Shown here piece after piece: positions 1 to 7,708 of a DNA stretch of 34,282 nt. The stretch spans positions 1-34,282 of IMG/VR virus record IMGVR_UViG_3300032212_000104; one strand, 5' to 3'. Position numbers and translations under genes: made by a program. Numbering within the stretch: position 1 is the first letter of the stretch; each line of letters opens with the position of its first letter. Under the pieces are notes generated by a model. That model saw only the letters and a program-made list of their open reading frames with translations. It was not told where the DNA came from and ran no database searches. Origin of the DNA: a virus (lineage: Duplodnaviria > Caudoviricetes).

Positions 1-22
1 TCTTTAAAACTAAACTAATTTA
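1..22. other. Putative left telomere half-site
   Basis: TTAAAACTAAACTAATT (4-20) resembles the reverse complement of the right end (TTAAAATTAAAACTAATT); AT-rich non-coding terminus. Confidence 0.45.
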
Positions 23-236
23 TTTTATTCAACAAAAGCTAAGTAAACTTACGCATCAAGATAAATTAATTACAAAACAGCAATACAAGCCTCCTATGAC
101 CTATTCTAATTTAATCTTATTTTAAGCTACTTTATGCAGTTAGGCACGTTTTAAAGATATCTTAAGAAAAACCATTATTTAAGCATAACAATTAAGTTTC
201 AAACCGATATTATCTTAAAAAAGTGTATTTTAATTG

Positions 237-282
237 AATTTAATAATACTTAATTCATTTAAAGTTAATTTAATAATACTTA
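237..282. repeat. 16-bp direct repeat AATTTAATAATACTTA x2 upstream of the par operon; possible centromere/operator
   Basis: Identical copies at 237-252 and 267-282, starts 30 bp apart. Confidence 0.5.
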
Positions 283-331
283 CTGTACACTTTTTATATA
301 AATTCAAAACAGAAAGAAAAGAGGTGTAAGT

Positions 332-559
332 ATGGTACGAGACACAGCGAGTAATTTACTTTCAGAATTATTATTTATGGATGGGCTACACGAGGACGCT
401 TTGATCGTTGACGCTCTAAACCAAAACCGATATGATCTCATTATCAAGTTAGCTCATATTGCAGAAGAACACGACAAGGCCAACCACTTAAGCACAGACT
501 TAAAGCAACGTAGAGATAAGATCTCAGCCCAACTAAGCACACATCAAAAGGAAAATTAA
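332..559 (+). CDS. Hypothetical protein, first gene of the partition operon
   Basis: GAGGTG RBS upstream; stop directly precedes the parA start. Confidence 0.7.
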   Translation: MVRDTASNLLSELLFMDGLHEDALIVDALNQNRYDLIIKLAHIAEEHDKANHLSTDLKQRRDKISAQLSTHQKEN

Positions 560-560
560 A

Positions 561-1172
561 ATGTCAGTAATTAGCGTAATATCACAAAAGGGAGGCGAGG
601 GGAAAACCCCTATTAGCTTCAACCTAGCGAACGAATTAGGTAGCAGAATCTTAACTAATGATAATGATATATTAGAGCTTATTTTTGCCCCTAATGCAAA
701 GATTATGCCTTTAAAAGAGATAGCGAGTTATGATCTAAAGAACTCTGGCAAAGACTTTGTTATCGATTTCGGGGGGTTCGTAGAGGCTGAGACAATCAGC
801 ATCATTAAAGACTCTGATCTCGTAATCGTTCCAACACGTAACAACCCGTCAAGCATTAAGCGAGGCTATCAGACGATACAGGAGCTACAGAAGCACAATA
901 AGAATATTATCGTAGTTGTAACAATGACAAAGAAAGACCGAGATTTCGGGCAAGTGCAAAAGCACTTTAAAGATTTAGAGATCAAAGCATTTTATGAATT
1001 AAAGCTTACAGAGCTGTTCGGTTACTCTATGGAAGTGGGGCAAACGATAAACGAGTACGTTAAGGACTCTCCGTTAATGCTTCACCGATACGGACGTCGT
1101 GAGGGGCAGATAAACGACTCTATTTTAGAACAATGGGACAATCTAATGACATATATCAAGGGGGCTTTATAA
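561..1172 (+). CDS. parA: ParA-family partition ATPase (short, type Ib)
   Basis: Deviant Walker A SQKGGEGKT, FVIDFGG Walker B, SDLVIVPT motif; no N-terminal HTH. Confidence 0.9.
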   Translation: MSVISVISQKGGEGKTPISFNLANELGSRILTNDNDILELIFAPNAKIMPLKEIASYDLKNSGKDFVIDFGGFVEAETISIIKDSDLVIVPTRNNPSSIKRGYQTIQELQKHNKNIIVVVTMTKKDRDFGQVQKHFKDLEIKAFYELKLTELFGYSMEVGQTINEYVKDSPLMLHRYGRREGQINDSILEQWDNLMTYIKGAL

Positions 1173-1173
1173 G

Positions 1174-1461
1174 ATGGAAGTAGAACAAGATAACTTTATG
1201 AGTGACGTACTAAGCGACGTCAAGAAAAAAGGGGATAGTAGCTACGAGACAGCCGATAACAAACCAAAGGCAGGGCGTAAGCGTTTACCGCAAGAGGAAA
1301 AGAAACAACGCCGAACGGTATTTTTTACGCCTGAGCAATTAGATCTATTAAATCAGGCCTGCGAGTATGAAGCCCTAGAAGATAATACTTTTATCATCAG
1401 AGCCACGATCAAAGAAGCTCGACGGGTTATCGCTGAACACACACCAAAAGAAGAAAACTAA
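1174..1461 (+). CDS. Putative ribbon-helix-helix centromere-binding partner of ParA
   Basis: Immediately after parA; flexible N-terminus, then RRTVFFTPEQLDLLNQAC strand-helix pattern. Confidence 0.6.
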   Translation: MEVEQDNFMSDVLSDVKKKGDSSYETADNKPKAGRKRLPQEEKKQRRTVFFTPEQLDLLNQACEYEALEDNTFIIRATIKEARRVIAEHTPKEEN

Positions 1462-1462
1462 A

Positions 1463-1822
1463 ATGGAAAAAATAAAGAATATAGATATTAATTTAGATAA
1501 GTTCTCAGAATCAATATATAAGCAGTTGCTAGAGTTTGGGAAACAAGGGGGCAAAGACACTTCTGACTTAACCCCGCATGAGTTACGAGCAACTATAAAT
1601 ATATGTTTTCAAAACACAAACCCAGACTACGCAACCCTAAAAGAGCAAGGGAAACAAGCTCAGAAAATTATCAAGAATGTTTTAGACGTGAAACTAAGCA
1701 ATTTCTATAATATTATAGCTATAGCTCTAGGTTTTAAAAATCACAACACACTATCCGACGCTATGGAATGGGAGACAAGGCAAGACAAAGGGGAGAGCTA
1801 CAAGAGAGGTCAAAAGCTTTAA
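1463..1822 (+). CDS. Hypothetical helical protein (C-terminal half resembles the 'glyoxalase superfamily'-annotated helical domain)
   Basis: LKEQGKQ...IIAIALGFKNHNTLS pattern; tightly coupled to upstream gene. Confidence 0.5.
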   Translation: MEKIKNIDINLDKFSESIYKQLLEFGKQGGKDTSDLTPHELRATINICFQNTNPDYATLKEQGKQAQKIIKNVLDVKLSNFYNIIAIALGFKNHNTLSDAMEWETRQDKGESYKRGQKL

Positions 1823-2040
1823 TCTTCTGGCTCTTTATAGTGACAATGTAATTTAATTATATGGTTTTATTAGTCAAGGTTTTTACAAGGGGTGAAAATC
1901 GGGTAGGTGATTTTTGTCACTAAGATAGTCAAAAGATGAGTTGATCCGAGAGGGTTATAAAGGTGAAACGATAAAACGCAAATAATATCGTTTCGGTGTG
2001 TTCTGGTACGAACACCGTATTATATCATAAAGGGTATAAA

Positions 2041-2172
2041 ATGGATAATCAAGTAATTCAAGGGCTAATATTCGTTACAGTAGTTTTATCATTTACAGGA
2101 GTGTTTATGGCCTTATTAACAAAGCTTACGCAACCATTCCCCACGACAACAGCCTCTAAAAAGGAAATTTAA
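2041..2172 (+). CDS. 43-aa single-TM membrane peptide (not in the ORF track)
   Basis: Translates MDNQVIQGLIFVTVVLSFTGVFMALLTKLTQPFPTTTASKKEI; AAGGG RBS; stop 2 nt before dut start. Confidence 0.65.
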   Translation: MDNQVIQGLIFVTVVLSFTGVFMALLTKLTQPFPTTTASKKEI

Positions 2173-2174
2173 AA

Positions 2175-2708
2175 ATGTTCACACTAGAAACAGGCTTAGA
2201 CAACAGCTATTTACCCACAGCTCAGACGGAACACTCCGCAGGGTTTGACGTTAAAAGCAGAGTCGATATCACCATCAAACAGGGCGAGACGTCTCTTGTC
2301 CCTACAGGCGTCTTTATAGATCAAGACTTTTTTAGAGATATGTTTGAAGTCGAGGACTTTTTTAGAGATGATGCAGAAGCGATCGCAGATCATAGAGGGC
2401 TTTTTAAATGGAGAGAGTGCGAGAGCTTTTTAAGCTCTCATTACATAGCGTTTCATCTTAGATCGTCTCTAGGTGTAAAAGGGCTTATCCTCGCTAATGG
2501 CGTCGGGGTGATCGACCTAGATTATAAGGGCGAGGTCTGCGGGATCATTCACAACACAAAAAGCGAACCATTCCAAATAGATAAAGGCGATCGGATCGGA
2601 CAGCTGTTAATCATGGAGCATAAAGGGGCGTTTCTACCTGACGCCTTTAGAAAAAAATCGAAAAGGGCGGGCGGGTTTGGTAGCACCGATCAAGAGGCCA
2701 AAGTTTAA
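2175..2708 (+). CDS. dut: Trimeric dUTPase with insertion
   Basis: Motifs AGFD, RSS, GVIDLDYKGE, RIGQL, RAGGFGST. Confidence 0.95.
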   Translation: MFTLETGLDNSYLPTAQTEHSAGFDVKSRVDITIKQGETSLVPTGVFIDQDFFRDMFEVEDFFRDDAEAIADHRGLFKWRECESFLSSHYIAFHLRSSLGVKGLILANGVGVIDLDYKGEVCGIIHNTKSEPFQIDKGDRIGQLLIMEHKGAFLPDAFRKKSKRAGGFGSTDQEAKV

Positions 2709-2723
2709 CAAATCTAACAAATA

Positions 2724-2774
2724 ATGAAAATAATTTTCATTTTTCTTGACTTTATGAAAATAATTAGATAAGAT
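2724..2774 (+). promoter_or_regulatory. Promoter/operator cassette copy 1
   Basis: Palindrome ATGAAAATAATTTTCAT 2724-2740; TTGACT 2746-2751, 17 nt, TAAGAT 2769-2774. Confidence 0.85.
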
Positions 2775-2802
2775 TTAACTATCTAAAAACAAAGGTCAAG
2801 AA

Positions 2803-3198
2803 ATGAAAAGTTTAAGTGATTACACACAACAGGCACAAACGAAAGCGTTTGACGATAACGGGGCGTTTTTTTCGTTCGGTCAAAAACAATTTGACGAGAA
2901 AAAACAAGAGGGCGTTAAATATGCTCACTTAGGATCTGGACTTATCTGTCCTAGCGAAAACGCTCAAACTCTTATCGATCAACTCGATACTATCCACACC
3001 ACAGCCATTAAGCAAGATATCGCGGAAAACGGCGTTAAAAACATCATTCACAGAGAGTTAGCAAACCACGAGACGCAAATCACGCTTAATTTTACAGACA
3101 CGATCGAGGCTTTAGAAGATTACGGGATCACCGCAGAGCAGATTAAGGCAGAGTGGAAAGAGTATTACGACGAGTGTGTCGCTAACGATTGGTTTTAG
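2803..3198 (+). CDS. Conserved-looking acidic phage hypothetical protein
   Basis: AAGG RBS; AFFSFGQKQF and ELANHE motifs seen in uncharacterised phage proteins. Confidence 0.8.
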   Translation: MKSLSDYTQQAQTKAFDDNGAFFSFGQKQFDEKKQEGVKYAHLGSGLICPSENAQTLIDQLDTIHTTAIKQDIAENGVKNIIHRELANHETQITLNFTDTIEALEDYGITAEQIKAEWKEYYDECVANDWF

Positions 3199-3231
3199 GC
3201 TTCGGCCTAAACGAGCCTATAAGGAAAAAAT

Positions 3232-3528
3232 ATGACTTATACAGAATTTATCGATCATTTAGAGTGGTGTATAGTTGAAATAGATCATTGGAGCAAATTA
3301 TCAAAACGTGTCAAACAAGGCGAGACGATAGAAGATAACAAGCCCGAATATATCGAGCAACAGCTTAACCATTGGGAGGCGGAGCAAGACGTCACAGCCA
3401 AGATCGCAAACATTAACCCGCTTAACGTGCTAAACATACTCGCCTATGATCCAGAGAACCGAAAACGGCTTTTTATGAAAGCGAAACGACTTAAAAACAA
3501 AAGATTACTAGATATTAACAAATTATGA
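3232..3528 (+). CDS. Hypothetical protein
   Basis: AAGGA RBS; preceded by TAGGC-TTCG-GCCTA hairpin. Confidence 0.75.
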   Translation: MTYTEFIDHLEWCIVEIDHWSKLSKRVKQGETIEDNKPEYIEQQLNHWEAEQDVTAKIANINPLNVLNILAYDPENRKRLFMKAKRLKNKRLLDINKL

Positions 3529-3575
3529 AAATTATTTTCATTTCTCTTGACATTATGAAAATAATTAGATAAACT
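3525..3575 (+). promoter_or_regulatory. Promoter/operator cassette copy 2
   Basis: ATGAAAATTATTTTCAT 3525-3541; TTGACA 3547-3552, 17 nt, TAAACT 3570-3575. Confidence 0.85.
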
Positions 3576-3604
3576 TACTACATATAAAAAGAAAAGGACT
3601 TAAG

Positions 3605-3814
3605 ATGATCGAGGACATTAACTTTACAAATAAGCAAAAAGAGCAAGTTGAGATAATGCTATCTCCTTTAAACGATGCGTTTACTATTTACGTTAATGAT
3701 GATTGTGTCACTTTAGACGGTCAGTCCTTTTACTTTAAATCATGGGGTGAGTTTATAGTGTTTCAAAGTGGCATAAAGTATGTATTAAGACAAAAAACAG
3801 ACCTAGTAAAATAA
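3605..3814 (+). CDS. Small hypothetical protein
   Basis: AAGGA RBS downstream of promoter copy 2. Confidence 0.75.
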   Translation: MIEDINFTNKQKEQVEIMLSPLNDAFTIYVNDDCVTLDGQSFYFKSWGEFIVFQSGIKYVLRQKTDLVK

Positions 3815-3844
3815 AGGGCTTAAGCCCCGCCATTAAAAGGAAAA

Positions 3845-4081
3845 ATGATGAAAACCTTAAATGTATATTTCAAGCTAGAACTCGCAAAAATGGGCTGTGA
3901 CTTTTGGGACTACGACCAGAGCGAGACATGGACGCACTGTATAGCGATAGACAAAAACGACAAGCACTATAAAACAGCGATAGATCTCTTTTGGGAAACA
4001 GTAAAAAAAGCAGATGCTAGAGAGGTATTACAAACAACAATCAAACATGAGGACGGAGATTTCACCGTCTTAAGTTTTTAA
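3845..4081 (+). CDS. Small hypothetical protein
   Basis: AAGGA RBS within a repeated 22-bp start cassette. Confidence 0.75.
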   Translation: MMKTLNVYFKLELAKMGCDFWDYDQSETWTHCIAIDKNDKHYKTAIDLFWETVKKADAREVLQTTIKHEDGDFTVLSF

Positions 4082-4083
4082 AA

Positions 4084-4392
4084 ATGCCTAAAGTAAAAAG
4101 CAATATCTATAGAGTTTTAAAACCCTGCTCTAACTGCCCGTTTTTAGATAACGGTAAAGAGATACACTTAAACTCTGGACGGGTTGACGATATCAAAGAG
4201 ACGCTTTTAAGCTCAGATCGTGAAAGCTTTAATTGTCACAAGACCGTCTATGATCTTGACACCCAGATGAACAGCACCGACAAACAAGAACTAAAAATGT
4301 GTGCGGGGGCTTATCAGTTTTTAAAAGATCAAAAGCGACCTAACCTACAAATGAAATTTGCTCTCTCTATGGGTATCGAAAAAGAATTATGA
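4084..4392 (+). CDS. Cys-rich putative metal-binding phage protein
   Basis: KPCSNCPF...FNCHKT...MCAGA motif pattern. Confidence 0.75.
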   Translation: MPKVKSNIYRVLKPCSNCPFLDNGKEIHLNSGRVDDIKETLLSSDRESFNCHKTVYDLDTQMNSTDKQELKMCAGAYQFLKDQKRPNLQMKFALSMGIEKEL

Positions 4393-4439
4393 AATTTATT
4401 TTCATTTTTCTTGACTTTATGAAAATAATTAGATAAAAT
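4389..4439 (+). promoter_or_regulatory. Promoter/operator cassette copy 3
   Basis: ATGAAATTTATTTTCAT 4389-4405; TTGACT 4411-4416, 17 nt, TAAAAT 4434-4439. Confidence 0.85.
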
Positions 4440-4469
4440 TAGTGTATATAAAAAGAAAAGGATCTCAAA

Positions 4470-4721
4470 ATGGCTTCATTCATAATTACAAAAGATAAGA
4501 TCAACGACGGCGAAAGCAACGGGTATAAAAGCGGGAACGAGGATTATATTAACGCGGGTAAATGTAAACATAAATTCAGACTCCTAGACGACGACGGAGA
4601 AATTTATTTTTATGGGTGTAGTGGGAACTCAAGCAGTTTCGAGCCTTTGGATCTTTTTGGATCAGCTTTCGGCTGTACAGAAATACAATACCGTGAAAAC
4701 GGCAAATATGAGACGCTTTAG
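4470..4721 (+). CDS. Small acidic phage hypothetical protein
   Basis: AAGGA RBS; FRLLDDDGEIYFYG motif. Confidence 0.8.
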   Translation: MASFIITKDKINDGESNGYKSGNEDYINAGKCKHKFRLLDDDGEIYFYGCSGNSSSFEPLDLFGSAFGCTEIQYRENGKYETL

Positions 4722-4742
4722 CCTCAGCCATTAAAAGGAAAA

Positions 4743-4991
4743 ATGATGTTTACTTTAATACATAGATGCAGAAAAGGCATGACAAACGATGAACTTTTAG
4801 AGATGTATATAGACACTCTACAGGAAAGTATAGAAGTTTATAGAGATAATTTAAAAGAGCTAAGACTCGCTCAAAGCGTTAACGACCTATACGGCGAAGG
4901 CATGGCAAAAAGTTTAATTATCCGTTATCGGGTTTTCATAAAAGCTATTATTATCGAGATCAGAAAAATACAAAAGGGAAACAATGCCTAA
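4743..4991 (+). CDS. Small helical hypothetical protein
   Basis: Same 22-bp RBS/start cassette as 3845. Confidence 0.75.
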   Translation: MMFTLIHRCRKGMTNDELLEMYIDTLQESIEVYRDNLKELRLAQSVNDLYGEGMAKSLIIRYRVFIKAIIIEIRKIQKGNNA

Positions 4992-5250
4992 GCTAAAAGC
5001 AACCGATAAAAATATCGCTGAGGCTTACGACCTCACGCCTCAATCGCTAAGAAATTGGAAAAAATCAGACGACGAGAAATTAGTAAGACGCTATAACGCT
5101 CTTAAGGCCTCTTTCGAGCGTGACAATGGTCTACTATTAGATTTCACTTTTAAAGACGCCTCGACGAGTATAGTTAGCATTAACGACGTAAAAGAGCAGA
5201 TTGAGGCGAACGCAGACACGATCGAGACAATTTCGATAAGAGAGGGTTAA
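4984..5250 (+). CDS. Small HTH DNA-binding protein, candidate repressor of the cassette promoters
   Basis: TDKNIAEAYDLTPQSLRNWKK helix-turn-helix pattern. Confidence 0.7.
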   Translation: MPKLKATDKNIAEAYDLTPQSLRNWKKSDDEKLVRRYNALKASFERDNGLLLDFTFKDASTSIVSINDVKEQIEANADTIETISIREG

Positions 5251-5252
5251 TT

Positions 5253-5477
5253 ATGAAAAATGAAAAATGTAACATTATACTTGGAGAAATAACACTATGC
5301 GAAGAGTTATATCATTTAGTTACTAACCTTGATACCAAAATTGAAAAAGTTAATATGGTTCACATGAAAGATATAAATTACGACTTCATCGGTGCAATTA
5401 CTTTTAGATATGGTAGAAAAAAGAATGATATTATTGCTTTATCATTTTGCCCTATATGTGGTGGAAAATTAAGATGA
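5253..5477 (+). CDS. Small Cys-containing protein
   Basis: N-terminal Cys residues and C-terminal FCPICGGKL zinc-knuckle motif. Confidence 0.7.
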   Translation: MKNEKCNIILGEITLCEELYHLVTNLDTKIEKVNMVHMKDINYDFIGAITFRYGRKKNDIIALSFCPICGGKLR

Positions 5478-5511
5478 AGTTTATATTATTTAGCTCTAAG
5501 AGGGGTATATA

Positions 5512-6852
5512 ATGGAAACTCTTAACACCAAACAAGAGCTTAACAACTCTTTCGAGTTCTTTGTTAATTACATACATAAACGCTTAACAGGCGAGGCGTT
5601 TACGTGGCACGATCATAACAAGGCCATTGTTAAAGATCTGCTTTCTGTTTACAAATTAGAGCTTATGTTTTTAATTATCAACATTCCCCCACGTCTAGGA
5701 AAGTCTACGCTGATCCTTTACTTTATCGCGTGGACTATGTTTAAAAACAAGCTGACATATAATAACTATTACACTTATTCTGATCTACTCGTCGCCAGAG
5801 CTTACAAGATCGTAAGCGATATCTTTGATATCCCAGACGTAGAAGCGGGGGCAGATCTGGCCTATAAAAGAAAAAAAGACGACTTTAGCAACGACAAAAA
5901 CGGTGGGCTTTTTGCTATGACGACGCTAGGGCAGGTAACAGGTTTCGGGGCAGGCCGTAAGGACAAGATAGACGAGTTTAACGGCTGTATCGTGATAGAT
6001 GATCCTCTAAAGGCAAACGATAGTTTTTTACGCCAAAACAACGCTAACAAAGCGATAAAAAGTGCGGTACTTACCCGTAAGAATAACTCTAAAGTTCCGA
6101 TCGTTCTTATCATGCAACGCTTAAGCCTTGAAGATACGACGGCCTTTATTAAGAAGATCTACGGAAAGCTTTTCGAGAACGGCAAGGCGAAACACCTTGT
6201 TATCCCTGTACTGAAAAACGGCGTTTCTATCTCTGAGAAAGAGTACCCGATCGAGTTACTAGAGATCGAGAGAGAGAACGATCCCGCGACCTTTTACGCT
6301 CAGCTTATGCAAGCACCGCAAAATATAGAGGGGGGGATTTTTACCGAAAAGATCTTTGATTACAGCTCACCAGATCCAAGCAAACAGGGATCAATCGCGA
6401 CAATCCATTTTAATAAAGAAGATACGACTCAGCCTGTCGTCTTTTTAGCCTTTAAAAAAGAGGGTAAAAACCTTTTGATCTTAGACTATGCAGAGGACGA
6501 GCCGAACCCTGAGACGTTCTTTAATGATCTTAAGATCTTCTGTACTAAAAACGGCGTGAAAGTTCTACATATACCCCAGACCTTAGACGCTGAGGTTTTA
6601 ACTGAAAGCCTGCGACCGATCAAAACAAAAGCGATCACCGAAAAAGAGGATATTTCACTAAATGCCTTTTATGCTCTGGCTCAGCTAAGAGATAATAAAA
6701 TCGTCATTCAATACGACGAGGATCAAGAGGCCTTTAAAAAAGAGTTAAAAGCTTTTCCAAAGGCAAACAGGGACTTTTCAACAAAGGCGATCGTTAACGC
6801 GATTAATATTGCTTTAGGTGATACTAGAGGAAAAATAAGCAGGGCTATATAA
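5512..6852 (+). CDS. terL: Terminase large subunit; ATPase motifs intact, nuclease domain apparently degenerate
   Basis: IINIPPRLGKST Walker A, GQVTGFGAG, CIVIDDPLK Walker B, IMQRL coupling motif, AQLMQAP..EGGIF linker. Confidence 0.9.
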   Translation: METLNTKQELNNSFEFFVNYIHKRLTGEAFTWHDHNKAIVKDLLSVYKLELMFLIINIPPRLGKSTLILYFIAWTMFKNKLTYNNYYTYSDLLVARAYKIVSDIFDIPDVEAGADLAYKRKKDDFSNDKNGGLFAMTTLGQVTGFGAGRKDKIDEFNGCIVIDDPLKANDSFLRQNNANKAIKSAVLTRKNNSKVPIVLIMQRLSLEDTTAFIKKIYGKLFENGKAKHLVIPVLKNGVSISEKEYPIELLEIERENDPATFYAQLMQAPQNIEGGIFTEKIFDYSSPDPSKQGSIATIHFNKEDTTQPVVFLAFKKEGKNLLILDYAEDEPNPETFFNDLKIFCTKNGVKVLHIPQTLDAEVLTESLRPIKTKAITEKEDISLNAFYALAQLRDNKIVIQYDEDQEAFKKELKAFPKANRDFSTKAIVNAINIALGDTRGKISRAI

Positions 6853-6859
6853 AGGGGAT

Positions 6860-7111
6860 ATGATGGAAATTAAATACCAAAGAAAAGATTTAGAGCGGAT
6901 GCTTAATGAAAAAAACGAGCAGTTATCAATATACAGGGATACAATCAAGGGGCTAAAAGCAGAACTATCTACCTGTAAAGAGAAAAACTGTTCAAACTGC
7001 ATACACTTTAAAGCAGATCCCAACACTCAAGATCGGGGGATATGCAAAAACGAAGTTATAACAGGAGGGGTTACAGATGCACTATGCTGTTGCGAACACA
7101 AACCCATTTAA
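6860..7111 (+). CDS. Coiled-coil plus Cys-rich hypothetical protein
   Basis: GGGG RBS; CSNCIHF...C...CCCEH. Confidence 0.7.
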   Translation: MMEIKYQRKDLERMLNEKNEQLSIYRDTIKGLKAELSTCKEKNCSNCIHFKADPNTQDRGICKNEVITGGVTDALCCCEHKPI

Positions 7112-7259
7112 AAAAGAGTTATGTAAAAGCGAGTTTTTTAGATGCGGGCATTGTCAAACAGGATATACAATAAATACGAAAGACTTAATAATAGGCGAGG
7201 CATATCTAAGCTGTAGATATTGCTATAAAGAAAGCACGATTATAATAAACAAGGCTTAA
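7077..7259 (+). CDS. Possible small zinc-ribbon protein (start uncertain)
   Basis: CGHC and CRYC pairs; fills the gap between neighbours. Confidence 0.5.
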   Translation: MHYAVANTNPFKKELCKSEFFRCGHCQTGYTINTKDLIIGEAYLSCRYCYKESTIIINKA

Positions 7260-7261
7260 CA

Positions 7262-7708
7262 ATGAAAAAAGAAACCGATCCATACAAAGAAGTAAAATTA
7301 TCAGAGGTATTAAAAGACGGATATCTAGTAGCCATCGAGGGCGACAACTCTTTATATGACGAAGATTTAGACAAATGGCTAAAAGAGAACGTAAAAAACT
7401 ACATTCTATTAAATAACATATACGACAATCCAGAAAAGCTTTTTCAACTCAAAGACATTAAAATAGACGCGTTCATATTTCAAACGACAGGCTTAAACCC
7501 AAAACTAAAAAGCCTAATTTCTTTATATACCACTGAAATAGGCAATTATCCGAAGCATTTCATTACAGTGTTTAGAGATAGTGAGGATTTTTTTTGGGAA
7601 GTCTTTAGAGAGCTAAAAGAGTATGAAGTCTATCAATATAACGAAGTAGATAAAAATGATTTACACATGACTAGGCAAGATCATTCTTGCAAAGAAAAAG
7701 AGGCTTAA
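7262..7708 (+). CDS. Hypothetical protein
   Basis: AAGG RBS; last gene of the + strand block; stop overlaps the endolysin stop. Confidence 0.75.
   Translation: MKKETDPYKEVKLSEVLKDGYLVAIEGDNSLYDEDLDKWLKENVKNYILLNNIYDNPEKLFQLKDIKIDAFIFQTTGLNPKLKSLISLYTTEIGNYPKHFITVFRDSEDFFWEVFRELKEYEVYQYNEVDKNDLHMTRQDHSCKEKEA

Noticed and set aside
1838-2030. tRNA or known riboswitch
   Set aside because: Hairpins are present but I cannot identify a cloverleaf or a known aptamer consensus; an Rfam/Infernal search would be needed
2724-4439. Three ~51-bp repeats as a CRISPR array or integron attC sites
   Set aside because: Spacing is 800-860 bp with whole genes between; the repeats match sigma70 promoters and lack attC GTTRRRY ends; no cas or intI genes
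5512-6852. terL as a pseudogene
   Set aside because: ORF is full-length and uninterrupted with intact ATPase motifs; the losses appear confined to nuclease catalytic positions
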